The position numbers and the translations under genes were made by a program. The notes below the pieces were generated by a model. That model had not been told where the DNA came from, searched no databases, and was given only the letters and a program-made list of their open reading frames with translations. Below, piece after piece: positions 35,498 through 45,279 of a stretch of 64,000 nucleotides of DNA (positions are counted from its first letter, which is position 1; each line of letters opens with the position of its first letter). The DNA lies in NCBI GenBank assembly GCA_035529315.1, contig DATKWZ010000013.1, forward strand, positions 17,807 through 81,806. The letters are read 5' to 3'. This DNA comes from Anaerolineae bacterium (lineage in GTDB: Bacteria; Desulfobacterota; Desulfobacteria; Desulfobacterales; ETH-SRB1).

Positions 35498-36145
35498 TTA
35501 AGCCTCTGGTTCATTCACAGAAATTACATCCCCAAAAGAAATATCCTGCCCGTTAACAAAGAGAACGGGAGACCCTTCCTCAAAAGAAATACCGGTTACC
35601 CTCCCTTTTATCCTTGTATAAGAGGTCACAGCATCTCCGCTGGAATCATTTGCGGACACTTCGAATGTATAATTGCCGGGCGCAACACCGCTGCAATCCC
35701 AGGCAACTGAATTTTCCCCCTCTTGTTGAGCTCCTAATTCGAGAGTATCCACAAGTGTGCCGTTTTCATTATAAATTCTGATTGAAACTTCAGCCGGTTC
35801 CGACAAATTATAAGCAAGGTCGGCAGAGGCTCCATCTACTTTAACAGCATCGCCTCTCGCGGTTATTTCCTTGCCTATAAAACTTACCGATTGGGAATTA
35901 TTTAACGAGGACTGATAAAGACCCAGGGTTTCCAGCTGAGTATTCATATTGCTCAACTGTTCAAGGCTGGAAAACTGAGCAAGCTGCGCTGTAAAATCCG
36001 TGCCATCAAGCGGATTGAGAGGATCCTGATGTTGAAGCTGGGCTATCATCATTTTCAGAAAATCATCCTTTCCCATCGTGCTCGTACTCTTTTCAAGAAT
36101 CTGCAAACTTCCGCTGCTGCCGATTATACCGTCTATGCCTGTCAT
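35498..36145 (-). CDS. flgD: Hook capping/assembly protein FlgD
   Basis: 215 aa. FLKMMIAQLQHQDPLNPLD motif. C-terminal Ig/FlgD-like domain. Confidence 0.9.
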   Translation of the reverse strand: MTGIDGIIGSSGSLQILEKSTSTMGKDDFLKMMIAQLQHQDPLNPLDGTDFTAQLAQFSSLEQLSNMNTQLETLGLYQSSLNNSQSVSFIGKEITARGDAVKVDGASADLAYNLSEPAEVSIRIYNENGTLVDTLELGAQQEGENSVAWDCSGVAPGNYTFEVSANDSSGDAVTSYTRIKGRVTGISFEEGSPVLFVNGQDISFGDVISVNEPEA

Positions 36146-36175
36146 TTCATACCCTCCTTAACTTTTTTTGCAATA

Positions 36176-36250
36176 ATTCAGCCTCAAAGACACTAATGTT
36201 ATAGTATAATTTGTCAATCATATTCATCTGTTGTTCCTTTGTGGCTGAAC
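36176..36250. repeat. Dispersed repeat family R2, copy 2 (fliK/flgD intergenic)
   Basis: ttcagcctcaaagacactaatgttatagtataatttgtcaatcatattcatctgttgttcctttgtggctgaac. Shares the core ta(t/g)tataatttgtcaatcatat. Confidence 0.7.
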
Positions 36251-36258
36251 GGTTACAT

Positions 36259-37911
36259 TTACGCAAACAAACTGATACGCTCGCCACTCCGGAAGCGCGG
36301 GTTTTCTTCCTCAAGCAATGTTGGGTCATGATTCACAAAATCTTGCCCACCTCCCTGGTCTTCCTGGTTCCCTTCCCGTTTTCCGCCTTCTCTAAATAAT
36401 GTTTCGTTTTGCCCTGATCTATAATCAGCGCCATAATTAGCGCCATCCGATTTTTCCTGAACAGACACATTTATGGTATCAACGATCAATCCGTGATTAC
36501 GAAGAGAGCTTTTGAGACTTTCCATATTTGACTGCAATATCTGCCTAACATCATTATTTTCCGGCTGAAGCATAACATGCACTTTATTATCCCTGACAAG
36601 CACATCCACATTCAGTGTGCCCAGACGGGGTGGATTGAGCGTAAGTCTCACCCTTCCAGGCCTTTTTACGCTGGATGCAATCTGATTGATCAAAGCCCGT
36701 GGTTCTATGGCGCGACTGTTCACGCTCTCATTAACGGACGACGATCTGCCGGATGCATGAAAAGTCGCATTATGATATCCATTGGCGGAAAAACCACTGC
36801 CGGATGAACGCTCCGGTATTGGAATTCCTTTGTGAAGAATCTCTGTTTTATGATCGGGGAATTCCTTAACTCCTGTTTTTTTATGCTCGGCAGCAGCCTC
36901 TTCAACATTAAGGCCCAAATGTTTCAGTGAATTCCCGATGTCATTTCTGTGGCCGCTCTTTACAAGTGTAAAAGATTTTTTTTCTGTTTTGTCAGGCTCT
37001 GCAACGCTCTTTCCTTCCACAACAGCCGCATTCTTCAAACCGGATTTCAAAAGTCCGGGGGCATTCTCCATTTTTGCCCTCTGTTCTTTATTCTTTGTCC
37101 TCTGACCGCTGACCAGGGCGTTGTTTATTCCGCCTCCGCTCTCCTTAAAGTCAACACCTTTAGAAACAGCAACCGCGCCCTTTACTGTCCTGAAATTTTC
37201 TCCAACAGGATCAGCAACTCTTGCTCCCATGCTTTTCTTAAAAGCCGCATCCTTTCCGGCAACTACTCCGATTATCCCTGACTTCGGCAGCCCTGATTCA
37301 ATGCTTTGCTTATTCAATCCAGATTTCAGCGAGCCCCTGGCATCTCCGGTCAAGGCATGGTTTATTCCGGCCTCGCTCTTCTTAGGGCCACTGCTCACCT
37401 GCAGATTTTTAACTTTCCCCCGGGTCTGCTTTTGGACATCTCTCTTCGACAGCAAATCAATCTTACCGGAAAATGATCTGTTTATTTTTGTCCTCTTGCC
37501 TTTTGACGCATTCATAAAGGGATTGATATCCATCGTTGCTTCGCCCTTCAGAATGGCACCGTGTGAACTTTCCGCAATGCCCTTGCCTTTAACCAGTAGC
37601 GATCGATTCGTTTTTTCGGTCTTATCCTTCCCAGCGCCCATGATATTATTATCCGAATCTATATTAAAGGTATTGCATCGCCTGGTCGCATTACCTTTAT
37701 CGGAACGCCCCCCAATCTTCCCTTTGTCAGGGCGGACATTAAGTGGAGCTTTCTCCGTCTTTTGTGTCGTTGTACGGCATGCGTTCCCCATTACACAGGC
37801 AAACGGCATCATCTGCTCCGGTTCCTTACCGGCCTTCCCTTTCTGCAATTTTTCAGATGAACCAGGAAGACCGACGTCCTGTTGTAAATTCACCAAATTT
37901 AATTCTGTCAT
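36259..37911 (-). CDS. fliK: Hook-length control protein FliK
   Basis: 550 aa. Long K/G/S-rich low-complexity region. C-terminal Flg_hook-type domain RVRLTLNPPRLGTLNVDVLVRDNKVHVMLQPENNDVRQILQSNMESLKSSLRNHGLIVDTINV. Confidence 0.85.
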   Translation of the reverse strand: MTELNLVNLQQDVGLPGSSEKLQKGKAGKEPEQMMPFACVMGNACRTTTQKTEKAPLNVRPDKGKIGGRSDKGNATRRCNTFNIDSDNNIMGAGKDKTEKTNRSLLVKGKGIAESSHGAILKGEATMDINPFMNASKGKRTKINRSFSGKIDLLSKRDVQKQTRGKVKNLQVSSGPKKSEAGINHALTGDARGSLKSGLNKQSIESGLPKSGIIGVVAGKDAAFKKSMGARVADPVGENFRTVKGAVAVSKGVDFKESGGGINNALVSGQRTKNKEQRAKMENAPGLLKSGLKNAAVVEGKSVAEPDKTEKKSFTLVKSGHRNDIGNSLKHLGLNVEEAAAEHKKTGVKEFPDHKTEILHKGIPIPERSSGSGFSANGYHNATFHASGRSSSVNESVNSRAIEPRALINQIASSVKRPGRVRLTLNPPRLGTLNVDVLVRDNKVHVMLQPENNDVRQILQSNMESLKSSLRNHGLIVDTINVSVQEKSDGANYGADYRSGQNETLFREGGKREGNQEDQGGGQDFVNHDPTLLEEENPRFRSGERISLFA

Positions 37912-37981
37912 TATTGAATCACCAATTCCCTTTAATGCTAAACTTGCAATAAGTTCTATAAGTTAGACTGTTTTATTATTG

Positions 37982-38086
37982 ATCACCACGAAGGACACTA
38001 AGGATTTTTTTCTTTATCTTCGCTCACTTCATGCTCTTCGTGGTAAAAACCTCGCAGTGTGCGTCTCCGGGTTTTCTTAAGTTAAT
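37982..38086. repeat. Dispersed repeat family R1, copy 2 (fliK leader, downstream of the sigma-54 promoter)
   Basis: atcaccacgaaggacactaag...ctcttcgtggtaaaaacctcgcagtgtgcgtctccgggttttcttaagttaat. Internal inverted repeat ccacgaag/cttcgtgg. Confidence 0.75.
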
Positions 38087-38118
38087 GGCATTAATCAATG
38101 CCTTACAAAAGTATAAGA

Positions 38119-38133
38119 GCAAAAGGCATGCCA
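38119..38133 (-). promoter_or_regulatory. Sigma-54 promoter for fliK-flgD-(4HB)-flgE
   Basis: The minus strand reads TGGCAT-gcctt-TTGCT, ~205 nt upstream of the fliK ATG. Confidence 0.7.
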
Positions 38134-38265
38134 CACCTTGGGCCTTGAGGATTATGTATAATATCGGTGTGTTATGAAAATAGCTTGGGATGGAAACTTG
38201 GGGCGGGGCAAATATTGCCCGTTGACTTGAAAAAAATGCCGACTCTCAAATACTTTCCTGCTTAA

Positions 38266-38859
38266 CTACTCGGCCGGTTTCGCCTGCATGGTTATGGCTC
38301 TGGTTATCTCTACAGATCTGGCTGGACTTACATACCCTAATATCGCTCCGGCGCTTTTGCTTTTCATGTTCATAATTATAGCCGCGGCTGTCTTGATATC
38401 CAGTTTTTCCAACATGGAACCGGCCCGGGCAGGAGGAGTAGATTCATAAACCTTTGCTATATTCTTGTATTTAATATTATTTCTTTCCTCAACCATTTCA
38501 AGAAGCCCTGTCAATCTCTTCTCTAACTCCTGCAAGCTGTTGATTTTGGAAAGTATTTCATCTTTTAACAAATTTAATCTTCTTTCTTCAGACTGTAAAA
38601 AGTTTTCCCGGTCATCAAGCGCCTTTTGCTTCTCTAACAATGAAGATAGAAGCTTCCTTTCTCCTGACAGGCTGTCCTCGTTTATGTCCCTCGCCATAGG
38701 TTCAAAACCAGCCTTAACCGGCGAATCCGCTGCTGCCTTGTTTACAGTCAGAAGAGAGTTTGCGGTTTCTGAATTTTTTATTATTCCTACGACAGCTGCA
38801 ATCTTTAGCAGAACAATAAACAATATCAAAAGGTTACAGGCAATTATCAACTTCTTCAA
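38266..38859 (-). CDS. MotE/YlxF-like protein (MgtE-N-like domain)
   Basis: 197 aa. N-terminal TM, coiled coil, then C-terminal IAKVYESTPPARAGSMLEKLDIKTAAAIIMNMKSKSAGAILGYVSP. Sits between fliJ and fliK, as ylxF does in Bacillus-type clusters. Confidence 0.6.
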   Translation of the reverse strand: MKKLIIACNLLILFIVLLKIAAVVGIIKNSETANSLLTVNKAAADSPVKAGFEPMARDINEDSLSGERKLLSSLLEKQKALDDRENFLQSEERRLNLLKDEILSKINSLQELEKRLTGLLEMVEERNNIKYKNIAKVYESTPPARAGSMLEKLDIKTAAAIIMNMKSKSAGAILGYVSPARSVEITRAITMQAKPAE

Positions 38860-39298
38860 TTTTCACGCTCCTGCCGAATTTTAAAAGCCAGGACTCATCC
38901 AGCTCTTTCTGTTCCCTGACGATCAAAGACAACCTGTATTCTCCCAGTTTTTTTTCTTTAATAATTTCCAGGATTCTTCTCTTTCTTGAAGCATCAACAA
39001 GCTTTATTCTTTTCTCTTCCAGCTCCTTTCCAATCTGACAGACAATCTCTTCCCTGTGATTTTCCTCATCCTTAATGTGACTGATATAAGAAAGATAAAT
39101 TGAAGCATCAGCCGCGCTCAGCTTTGTCTCGCCCATCTTTTTCAACCGGGAGATCAAATCCGCCCTCTCTCTTCTCAGCTTTTTCAATGTTTCTTTCTCA
39201 GAATAGAGGTTCCTTTTTCTATCTGCAAATTCAAGCATCAGCTGTTCTTCTACCAGTTTTCTGTGTTTTAATACCGGCTGTAATCTGAAATTAAACAT
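38834..39298 (-). CDS. fliJ: Flagellar export protein FliJ
   Basis: 154-aa coiled-coil protein. MFNFRLQPVLKHRKLVEEQ start. Immediately downstream of fliI. Confidence 0.8.
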   Translation of the reverse strand: MFNFRLQPVLKHRKLVEEQLMLEFADRKRNLYSEKETLKKLRRERADLISRLKKMGETKLSAADASIYLSYISHIKDEENHREEIVCQIGKELEEKRIKLVDASRKRRILEIIKEKKLGEYRLSLIVREQKELDESWLLKFGRSVKIEEVDNCL

Positions 39299-39339
39299 AT
39301 AGTAACCGTTCAGAGGTTCAGGGTTCAGGGATCCCTTCT

Positions 39340-40647
39340 CTAGTCAAAAAGAGCAAAAAGTTGTTCTTCGCTCTCTTTAAAACTGATCTTTTCGTTAATA
39401 TCCTGTCTTAAAAATGAATTTACCTTGCCTATCATTCTTATTGCATTGTCTATTTCCGGATTGCTTCCTTCCACGTAAGCGCCTATATTAATCAAATCTT
39501 CAGCCTTCCTGTAGGTTGATACAATATTTAAAACATCGTTTGCCATCTTTCGATGTTTATCATTTACAATATCTATCATCAACCTGCTGATGCTCTCCAG
39601 GACATCTATTGCGGGATAGTGATTACTTGCAGCCAGGCTGCGGGTAAGAGTTATGTGACCATCCAGAATTGACCTGGCCGCATCGGCGATCGGTTCATTA
39701 AAATCGTCGCCTTCCACCAAAACCGTATAAAGGCTTGTTATGCTTCCGCTTTCTTCTATGTTCCCCGCTCTTTCCAGCAACTTCGGCATAAGGCTGAAGA
39801 CCGATGGTGTATAACCTTTTGCGGTTGGAGGTTCTCCGACAGATAGACCGACTTCTCTCTGCGCCATTGCAAATCTGGTAAGCGAATCGACCATAAGGAG
39901 AACGTCCTTTCCCTGGTCCCTGAAATATTCCGATATTGTTGTCGCCACATACGCCGCCCTCATCCTGATCAGAGGATGCATGTCCGATGTTGCCACAACA
40001 ACCACGGATCTGGACAGCCCTTCTTTGCCAAGTTTATTTTCAATAAATTCACGAACTTCTCTTCCTCTTTCACCGACGAGTCCGATTACATTGATATCAG
40101 CGCCTGTATTTCTGGCAATCATTCCAAGGAGAAAGCTCTTACCAACCCCTGAACCTGAAAATATCCCCATCCTCTGACCTGTGCCGCAACTGAACAACCC
40201 ATTCATGGTCCTGATCCCAAGGTCTATCGGTTCTGTTATCCTGCCTCTTTTAAGAGGATTGATCGGCTCGGCATAAATAGGATATTCGCCTTCCGATTCT
40301 ATTGGCCCCCTGCCATCAATAGGATTTCCCAGACCATCAATGACCCTTCCGAGAAGATTACAACCTATTTTTACATTCGACTTTTTTCCCGTAGAGAGAA
40401 TCCTGCAGCCAGGCCCGACACCATCAAGGTTTCCAAAAGGCATTAAAAGAACCTTTTCTTCCATGAAGCCCACAACTTCCGCGCTGATTATCCTGTTATT
40501 GCCGTCAGGATAAATCCGGCACATCTCGCCTATGGAAGTTTTAGGATTATAGCCTTTCACCAGAAGACCAATAACCCCGCTTACCTTTCCATAAACACTG
40601 AAGGGGTTTGTACCCTTGACTGCTCTATGATATTTCTCAAAATTCAT
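39340..40647 (-). CDS. fliI: Flagellum-specific ATPase FliI
   Basis: 435 aa. Walker A GSGVGKS. Walker B VLLMVDSLTR. F1/V1-ATPase-like beta-barrel N-domain. Confidence 0.95.
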   Translation of the reverse strand: MNFEKYHRAVKGTNPFSVYGKVSGVIGLLVKGYNPKTSIGEMCRIYPDGNNRIISAEVVGFMEEKVLLMPFGNLDGVGPGCRILSTGKKSNVKIGCNLLGRVIDGLGNPIDGRGPIESEGEYPIYAEPINPLKRGRITEPIDLGIRTMNGLFSCGTGQRMGIFSGSGVGKSFLLGMIARNTGADINVIGLVGERGREVREFIENKLGKEGLSRSVVVVATSDMHPLIRMRAAYVATTISEYFRDQGKDVLLMVDSLTRFAMAQREVGLSVGEPPTAKGYTPSVFSLMPKLLERAGNIEESGSITSLYTVLVEGDDFNEPIADAARSILDGHITLTRSLAASNHYPAIDVLESISRLMIDIVNDKHRKMANDVLNIVSTYRKAEDLINIGAYVEGSNPEIDNAIRMIGKVNSFLRQDINEKISFKESEEQLFALFD

Positions 40648-40709
40648 TTATTTAGGCTGGAGGCTGAAGGCTGAAGGCTGAAGGTCTTCTCCCCCTTCAG
40701 TCTAACAGC
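40648..40709. repeat. Tandem word array (aggctgaagg)n plus an inverted partner in the fliH/fliI gap
   Basis: tttaggctggaggctgaaggctgaaggctgaaggtcttctcccccttcagtctaacagcctaagagcc. Confidence 0.9.
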
Positions 40710-41450
40710 CTAAGAGCCTATCAACGACTCCCTGATTTTATTTAACTGCTGATCCAGCCTGGCATCAACTACCCCTGAATGCGTCTCTATCACAGCCCCG
40801 CCCTGACCGATTTCTTCATCCTTCTCAATTAATATATCGCCGAAACTATCGAGAAAATCGGGCTTTGCCTCTGTTATGTAACGGTGGTCTTCGGGATTCA
40901 GCCGGATACTGACCCCCTCCTTCTTATGTATATTTCTCATCGCATCTTTAAGGACGGATACTACAACTTCCCTGCCGACGCTCACTTCCTTATGTATAAC
41001 ACTGCCGGCTATTGAAAAAACAAGGTCGATTATTTCCTTTTCAGAGCCTTCCATAAATTCCTGCTTCAGCGCCTTTAATTCTCCGATCAATTTCGCAACA
41101 GATTCTGCGGCAAGAGCCAATTCTCTCTTTTCCCGATCCTTGCCCTCTATTATCCCTTTTGAAAATCCTCTGTCATAGGCTTCTTTTACCGCAATTTTTA
41201 TTCTTTCCTCTATCTGTTCCCCGGGCTGTTTCCAAGGGTCTTCACTCTCGGAACCGACATCCATGTTATTCCCACGGATATTAAAACCTGTTTCACTTCC
41301 CGGAATATGACATATACCCCGAACAAAGATAGCCCGGGCTTTTTCCCTCGAACCTCCCCGCTTGTGCCTCGCAGTGGCAGACTGGTCTGCAAGTTTAATG
41401 TCCTGCGCCTTGATAACCTTTTTGGAATCAGACAAATACATCCTCTTCAT
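40710..41450 (-). CDS. fliH: Flagellar assembly protein FliH
   Basis: 246 aa. Position between fliG and fliI. Central charged helix (EERIKIAVKEAYDRGFSKGIIEGKDREKRELA) and a FliH-type C-domain. The assignment rests mostly on synteny. Confidence 0.7.
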   Translation of the reverse strand: MKRMYLSDSKKVIKAQDIKLADQSATARHKRGGSREKARAIFVRGICHIPGSETGFNIRGNNMDVGSESEDPWKQPGEQIEERIKIAVKEAYDRGFSKGIIEGKDREKRELALAAESVAKLIGELKALKQEFMEGSEKEIIDLVFSIAGSVIHKEVSVGREVVVSVLKDAMRNIHKKEGVSIRLNPEDHRYITEAKPDFLDSFGDILIEKDEEIGQGGAVIETHSGVVDARLDQQLNKIRESLIGS

Positions 41451-42435
41451 GCCCCGCTGCTATTGTTATCTTCTCTTCATCTTCAAGTTTCTTTGCGGTC
41501 TCAATAATCATTTTCTGGCTTTTTTCAACCTCTGACAGTCTTCTTGGGGGCATAACCTCTATATCCTCCCTGAGCATCCCGGCGGCGCGCTTTGACATGT
41601 TTTTAAAAATCTTTTCTCTCATTTCACTGTCAATTATTTTAAGAGAACAGGCTAAAGCTTCACGATCTACAGCTTCAAGCAATATTCTCATACTCCTGTC
41701 ATCCAATTTGAAAATATCATCAAAAGTAAACATAAGGTTTCTGATCTCGCCCGCTAAATCCGCGTTTGTCTTTTCAAGCGATTCTAAAATCCTGTTTTCA
41801 TTTGATCGGCTCATCCTGTTTAAAATCTCTGCAATCATCTTGACTCCGCCGATTTGCTCTCCACTATCTCTTTCTGCAACCATTTCCGATTCAAGCGTTC
41901 TGGCCATATCCTCCATAAACTCACGCGGGACGCTTCCCAGTGTCGCTATCCTCCTTGCAATGTCTTCTTGCTTTTCAGGGGAAAATTGTTCCATAATCTC
42001 AGATGTCTGTTCCGGTCTCAGGTGCGCCAGTAAAAGAGCTGTGGTCTGGGGATGCTCCATCTTTATGGAATCAATTAATATCTGTGTGTCTGTATTTCTC
42101 AAATTTTCAATTATCGGACTCTCCATTAAAAAGCTGCCGTCTTCGATTATTTTTATGAGTTCTTTCCCCTTAACGTCTCCCAAAGCTTTTAATACAATAT
42201 TTTCGACAACGCTGCCTCGAACCGACATGATTCGGTTCCCTTTTTCCTCGGCAAGCGAGCAAAATTCCCTGGCAACACTTCCTACATCTTCATTAGCTAT
42301 CCCGCTTAAACCGCTCATACATTTCCCGACACGTCTGATCTCATCCGGTGCGAGATTTCTCATTACCTCTGCTGCCGCATCTTCGCTCAAAGACAAAAGG
42401 AGCACCGCCGCCTTTTCTTCCTTTGACATACCCAT
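41428..42435 (-). CDS. fliG: Flagellar motor switch protein FliG
   Basis: 335 aa. EKAAVLLLSLSEDAAAEVMRNL, MFTFDDIFKLDDRSMRILL, and C-terminal charged-ridge domain RAAGMLREDIEVMPPRRLSEVEKSQ. Confidence 0.95.
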   Translation of the reverse strand: MGMSKEEKAAVLLLSLSEDAAAEVMRNLAPDEIRRVGKCMSGLSGIANEDVGSVAREFCSLAEEKGNRIMSVRGSVVENIVLKALGDVKGKELIKIIEDGSFLMESPIIENLRNTDTQILIDSIKMEHPQTTALLLAHLRPEQTSEIMEQFSPEKQEDIARRIATLGSVPREFMEDMARTLESEMVAERDSGEQIGGVKMIAEILNRMSRSNENRILESLEKTNADLAGEIRNLMFTFDDIFKLDDRSMRILLEAVDREALACSLKIIDSEMREKIFKNMSKRAAGMLREDIEVMPPRRLSEVEKSQKMIIETAKKLEDEEKITIAAGHEEDVFV

Positions 42436-42446
42436 GCAATTCTCCT

Positions 42447-44033
42447 TTATTTAAGCCAGTTTCTCAATAACTCTGCAAATTTCTGAGCATCCCGACCAGC
42501 TAAATTCCTAACAGCATCCAAGCCTCTGAGACTTTCATCATCTTCCAGATCTACTCCAATCTCCACCAGAGGAGACCTTCCGCCCTTCGGGCCGGCCAGA
42601 CCGTCGGCAGCAGCCGGCAATCCCTTTGCGCCAACACCCCCGATCCTGTCCTTAGTCATAATGAATTTGATTAAAGGACGCAGAATAAAAAATAAAACAA
42701 ATATCAGGGCAATTAACGAAACAAAGTATTTTATGAACGAAACAATCAAGTGTGATTTAGTCGTCCAGAAACCCTCCTCAACAAACCCGGTTTCTAATTC
42801 AACCTTACCGAAAGGGATGCTGGTTACCACTATCAGATCGCCCCGTTGAACATCAAAACCAACCGACCTTTTAACAAGGTCTTCCATATCCTCTATCTCT
42901 TTTTTCGATCTTGGCTGAAACTCTTCAACCCCTTTATCGTTTTTGTTGTAAACACCATCTACCAGCACAGCTATTGACAATTTTTCCACTTCGCCCACAG
43001 GCATTACAGTCTTGCTGATAACCCGGTTTATTTCATAATTGACTATTTCATCTGTTTTTTCATGATCCGTACCATAGGATTTAGCGCTCTGTCCACTGGT
43101 GGGGCTGAAAGTGCTTTCTCCTCCGATAGGCGCGCTCGACTTTTCGCTCCTGCGGTGCAGGCTCCTTACAACAGGTTCTTCAGGATCGTAGGATTCCTCT
43201 GTTTTCTCCATAACTCTAAAATCAAGAACAGCGGAAACCTTTGCCACGACCTTTCCTTGTCCCACCACCTTTTCCAGCATGGATTGGATTCTGTTCGCCA
43301 AATTCTTTTCTATATTTCTCTGAAATTCTATTTGCGAATCTGTCTGCTTCGATAATTCAGACCCGCCTCTGGCCGTTGACAGGATATTTCCCCCACTATC
43401 AACTACCATTACCTCTTCCGAGCTGAGCCCTTCCACGCTACCTGCCACAAGGGAGGCTATACCTTCTATCTGAGATGCCCGCAGCTTCCTGCCTGTTTTT
43501 ATTTTTATAATAACTGAAGCAGTCGGTTTTGCCTGTTTTTCAACAAAAAGTGATTTCTGAGGTATTACAATATGAACTCTGCTGTGTTGGATCTCATCCA
43601 GACCGTTGATTGTGCGTGACAATTCCCCCTGAAGCGCTCTTTGATAATTCAGCTGCTGTACAAAATCGGTAACCCCGAAATTCTTGTTGTCAAATATTTC
43701 AAACCCCACACCCCCGCCCTTGGGCAGCCCGGAAGCAGCCAGGCTGAGCCTTAATTCAGAAACATATTCGGCTGGGATTAATATGGAATCGCCTGCAGAA
43801 GATACCTTATAGGGAATCTTTTTTTCCTGCAATACAGCGACAATCTCCCCTGCGTCCTCAACAGAAAGCCTGGAATAAAGCGTCTTGTATTCTTTCTGAT
43901 TCACGAAGACTACAAACGCCCCGATACTGATTAAAGTAATAACGACGACAACAAGAACAGATAATCTTTTCGATGGGGTTAACGATTTAAAGGTTTTCCC
44001 TAACTGCACAAAAAATTGAAGTATTGAATCCAT
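42447..44033 (-). CDS. fliF: Flagellar MS-ring protein FliF
   Basis: 528 aa. N-terminal TM. YscJ/FliF domain LYSRLSVEDAGEIVAVLQEKKIPYKVSSAGDSILIPAEYVSELRLSLAASGLP. Second TM near the C-terminus. Confidence 0.95.
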   Translation of the reverse strand: MDSILQFFVQLGKTFKSLTPSKRLSVLVVVVITLISIGAFVVFVNQKEYKTLYSRLSVEDAGEIVAVLQEKKIPYKVSSAGDSILIPAEYVSELRLSLAASGLPKGGGVGFEIFDNKNFGVTDFVQQLNYQRALQGELSRTINGLDEIQHSRVHIVIPQKSLFVEKQAKPTASVIIKIKTGRKLRASQIEGIASLVAGSVEGLSSEEVMVVDSGGNILSTARGGSELSKQTDSQIEFQRNIEKNLANRIQSMLEKVVGQGKVVAKVSAVLDFRVMEKTEESYDPEEPVVRSLHRRSEKSSAPIGGESTFSPTSGQSAKSYGTDHEKTDEIVNYEINRVISKTVMPVGEVEKLSIAVLVDGVYNKNDKGVEEFQPRSKKEIEDMEDLVKRSVGFDVQRGDLIVVTSIPFGKVELETGFVEEGFWTTKSHLIVSFIKYFVSLIALIFVLFFILRPLIKFIMTKDRIGGVGAKGLPAAADGLAGPKGGRSPLVEIGVDLEDDESLRGLDAVRNLAGRDAQKFAELLRNWLK

Positions 44034-44040
44034 ATATTCC

Positions 44041-44343
44041 CTACACCTGCATCCGCATGACTTCCTGATAGGCTTCTAATATCTTGTTCCTTACCTGCAT
44101 CATTGTTCTGAAAGAAATATTTGCCTTTTCCAGTGCAATCATTGCCTCATGAATACTGCCTGAATCACTGAGCTCTACCTTTGCAATAGCCTCATCAGCA
44201 TCTAATTGAAGTTTATTGATCTCCCCGATCTTGCCCTTTAAAACATTGCTAAAAGAGCCCTCGTTTCCACCGGCCTTACCGCTTTCTCCCGCAGTATTTG
44301 AGATCGGGGGCATCAAATCGCCCCGAATCAGCATATTATTCAT
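44041..44343 (-). CDS. fliE: Flagellar hook-basal body protein FliE
   Basis: 100 aa. C-terminal HEAMIALEKANISFRTMMQVRNKILEAYQEVMRMQV. Confidence 0.9.
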   Translation of the reverse strand: MNNMLIRGDLMPPISNTAGESGKAGGNEGSFSNVLKGKIGEINKLQLDADEAIAKVELSDSGSIHEAMIALEKANISFRTMMQVRNKILEAYQEVMRMQV

Positions 44344-44443
44344 TTTTAAACGCCTCCCTGCACATATTGTGAAGGTTCAAGGTTCACCGTTCAGGGTTGT
44401 TTTTTTGTTAACCTTCACTAACCTTGAACCCTGAACCGGTTAT

Positions 44444-44857
44444 CTATTTACCAAGTTCCAACGCCTTCAACGCCATATTTTTTGTTGCATCGAATGCGGT
44501 AACGCAAGCCTCATACGCCCTGTTTGCGGTAATCATGTCTGCCATTTCAGCGACCGTGTTGATGTCAGGCATGGCCACAATGCCCTCTGAGTCCGCGTCA
44601 GGATGGGCAGGATCAAAGACCATCTTTATGCTCTCTTTATCTTCCACAACATCTTCCACTTTTACCTTTTGCAAAATATCATCAAAACCGCCTTTTAGCG
44701 GTTCAGAAGAAAAAACAACGGTTTTTCTTCTATACGCCCCACCCTCCGGCGTACGCGTTGTATTAATATTGGCAAGATTTGATATAACAACATCCATCTT
44801 TGCCCTCTGGGCCGCAAGCCCGGACGCACAAATGCTAAAAGCCGGCATGAATTCCAT
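44444..44857 (-). CDS. flgC: Flagellar proximal rod protein FlgC
   Basis: 137 aa. SNLANINTTRTPEGGAYRRK. C-terminal MADMITANRAYEACVTAF. Confidence 0.95.
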   Translation of the reverse strand: MEFMPAFSICASGLAAQRAKMDVVISNLANINTTRTPEGGAYRRKTVVFSSEPLKGGFDDILQKVKVEDVVEDKESIKMVFDPAHPDADSEGIVAMPDINTVAEMADMITANRAYEACVTAFDATKNMALKALELGK

Positions 44858-44858
44858 A

Positions 44859-45200
44859 TTATCTTGTCTCCTTTAAAACAGTATCCAAGCTCCTGAACTT
44901 TCTTACCAGCAGCTCTACGCTAAGATTATGCATAAGATTATTTTCCGCCAGTTTTGCCATTTCAGTGTCAAGGTTGACCCTTTCACCGGAATCGATTACC
45001 TCAAAATCGGCTTTATCAAGCCTTACCCCATCTTTACTGCTGATAAGGGTTTCCAGCTCCTCCTTGAAAACAATATCCTTGGGCCTGTAGTTTGGAGTAT
45101 CTATATTTGCGATGTTTGAGGCTATCACCTTATGCCTCTCCGATCGAAAATCCAAAACAGCAGACAACATTTCTATGGTTTTACCAAATAACGCATCCAT
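44859..45200 (-). CDS. flgB: Flagellar proximal rod protein FlgB
   Basis: 113 aa. RHKVIASNIANIDTPNYRPKD. First gene after a sigma-54-type promoter. Confidence 0.9.
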   Translation of the reverse strand: MDALFGKTIEMLSAVLDFRSERHKVIASNIANIDTPNYRPKDIVFKEELETLISSKDGVRLDKADFEVIDSGERVNLDTEMAKLAENNLMHNLSVELLVRKFRSLDTVLKETR

Positions 45201-45238
45201 AATAACACCCCTTTATGCTGTTTAATGGTATTATTTTT

Positions 45239-45256
45239 ATGCAATACTCATACCGA
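45239..45256 (-). promoter_or_regulatory. Sigma-54-type promoter for flgB-flgC-fliE...fliJ
   Basis: The minus strand reads tcGGTATG-agta-TTGCAT. GG-N10-GC spacing is correct, the -24 element is degenerate, and the -12 element TTGCA is perfect. Sits in the 79-nt gap between the FlrC-like gene and flgB. Confidence 0.55.
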
Positions 45257-45279
45257 AAACCTTGCATACCCCCATTTTT

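Noticed and set aside
37121-37966. Long plus-strand ORFs antisense to flagellar genes (281 aa here; also 41597-42454, 62475-63125, 12256-12774, 20870-21382, 23131-23893 and others)
   Set aside because: These are shadow ORFs opposite well-identified genes (fliK, fliG, fliC, flgH, flhG, flhA). They have low-complexity S/P/L-rich translations, no SD and no domain signatures.
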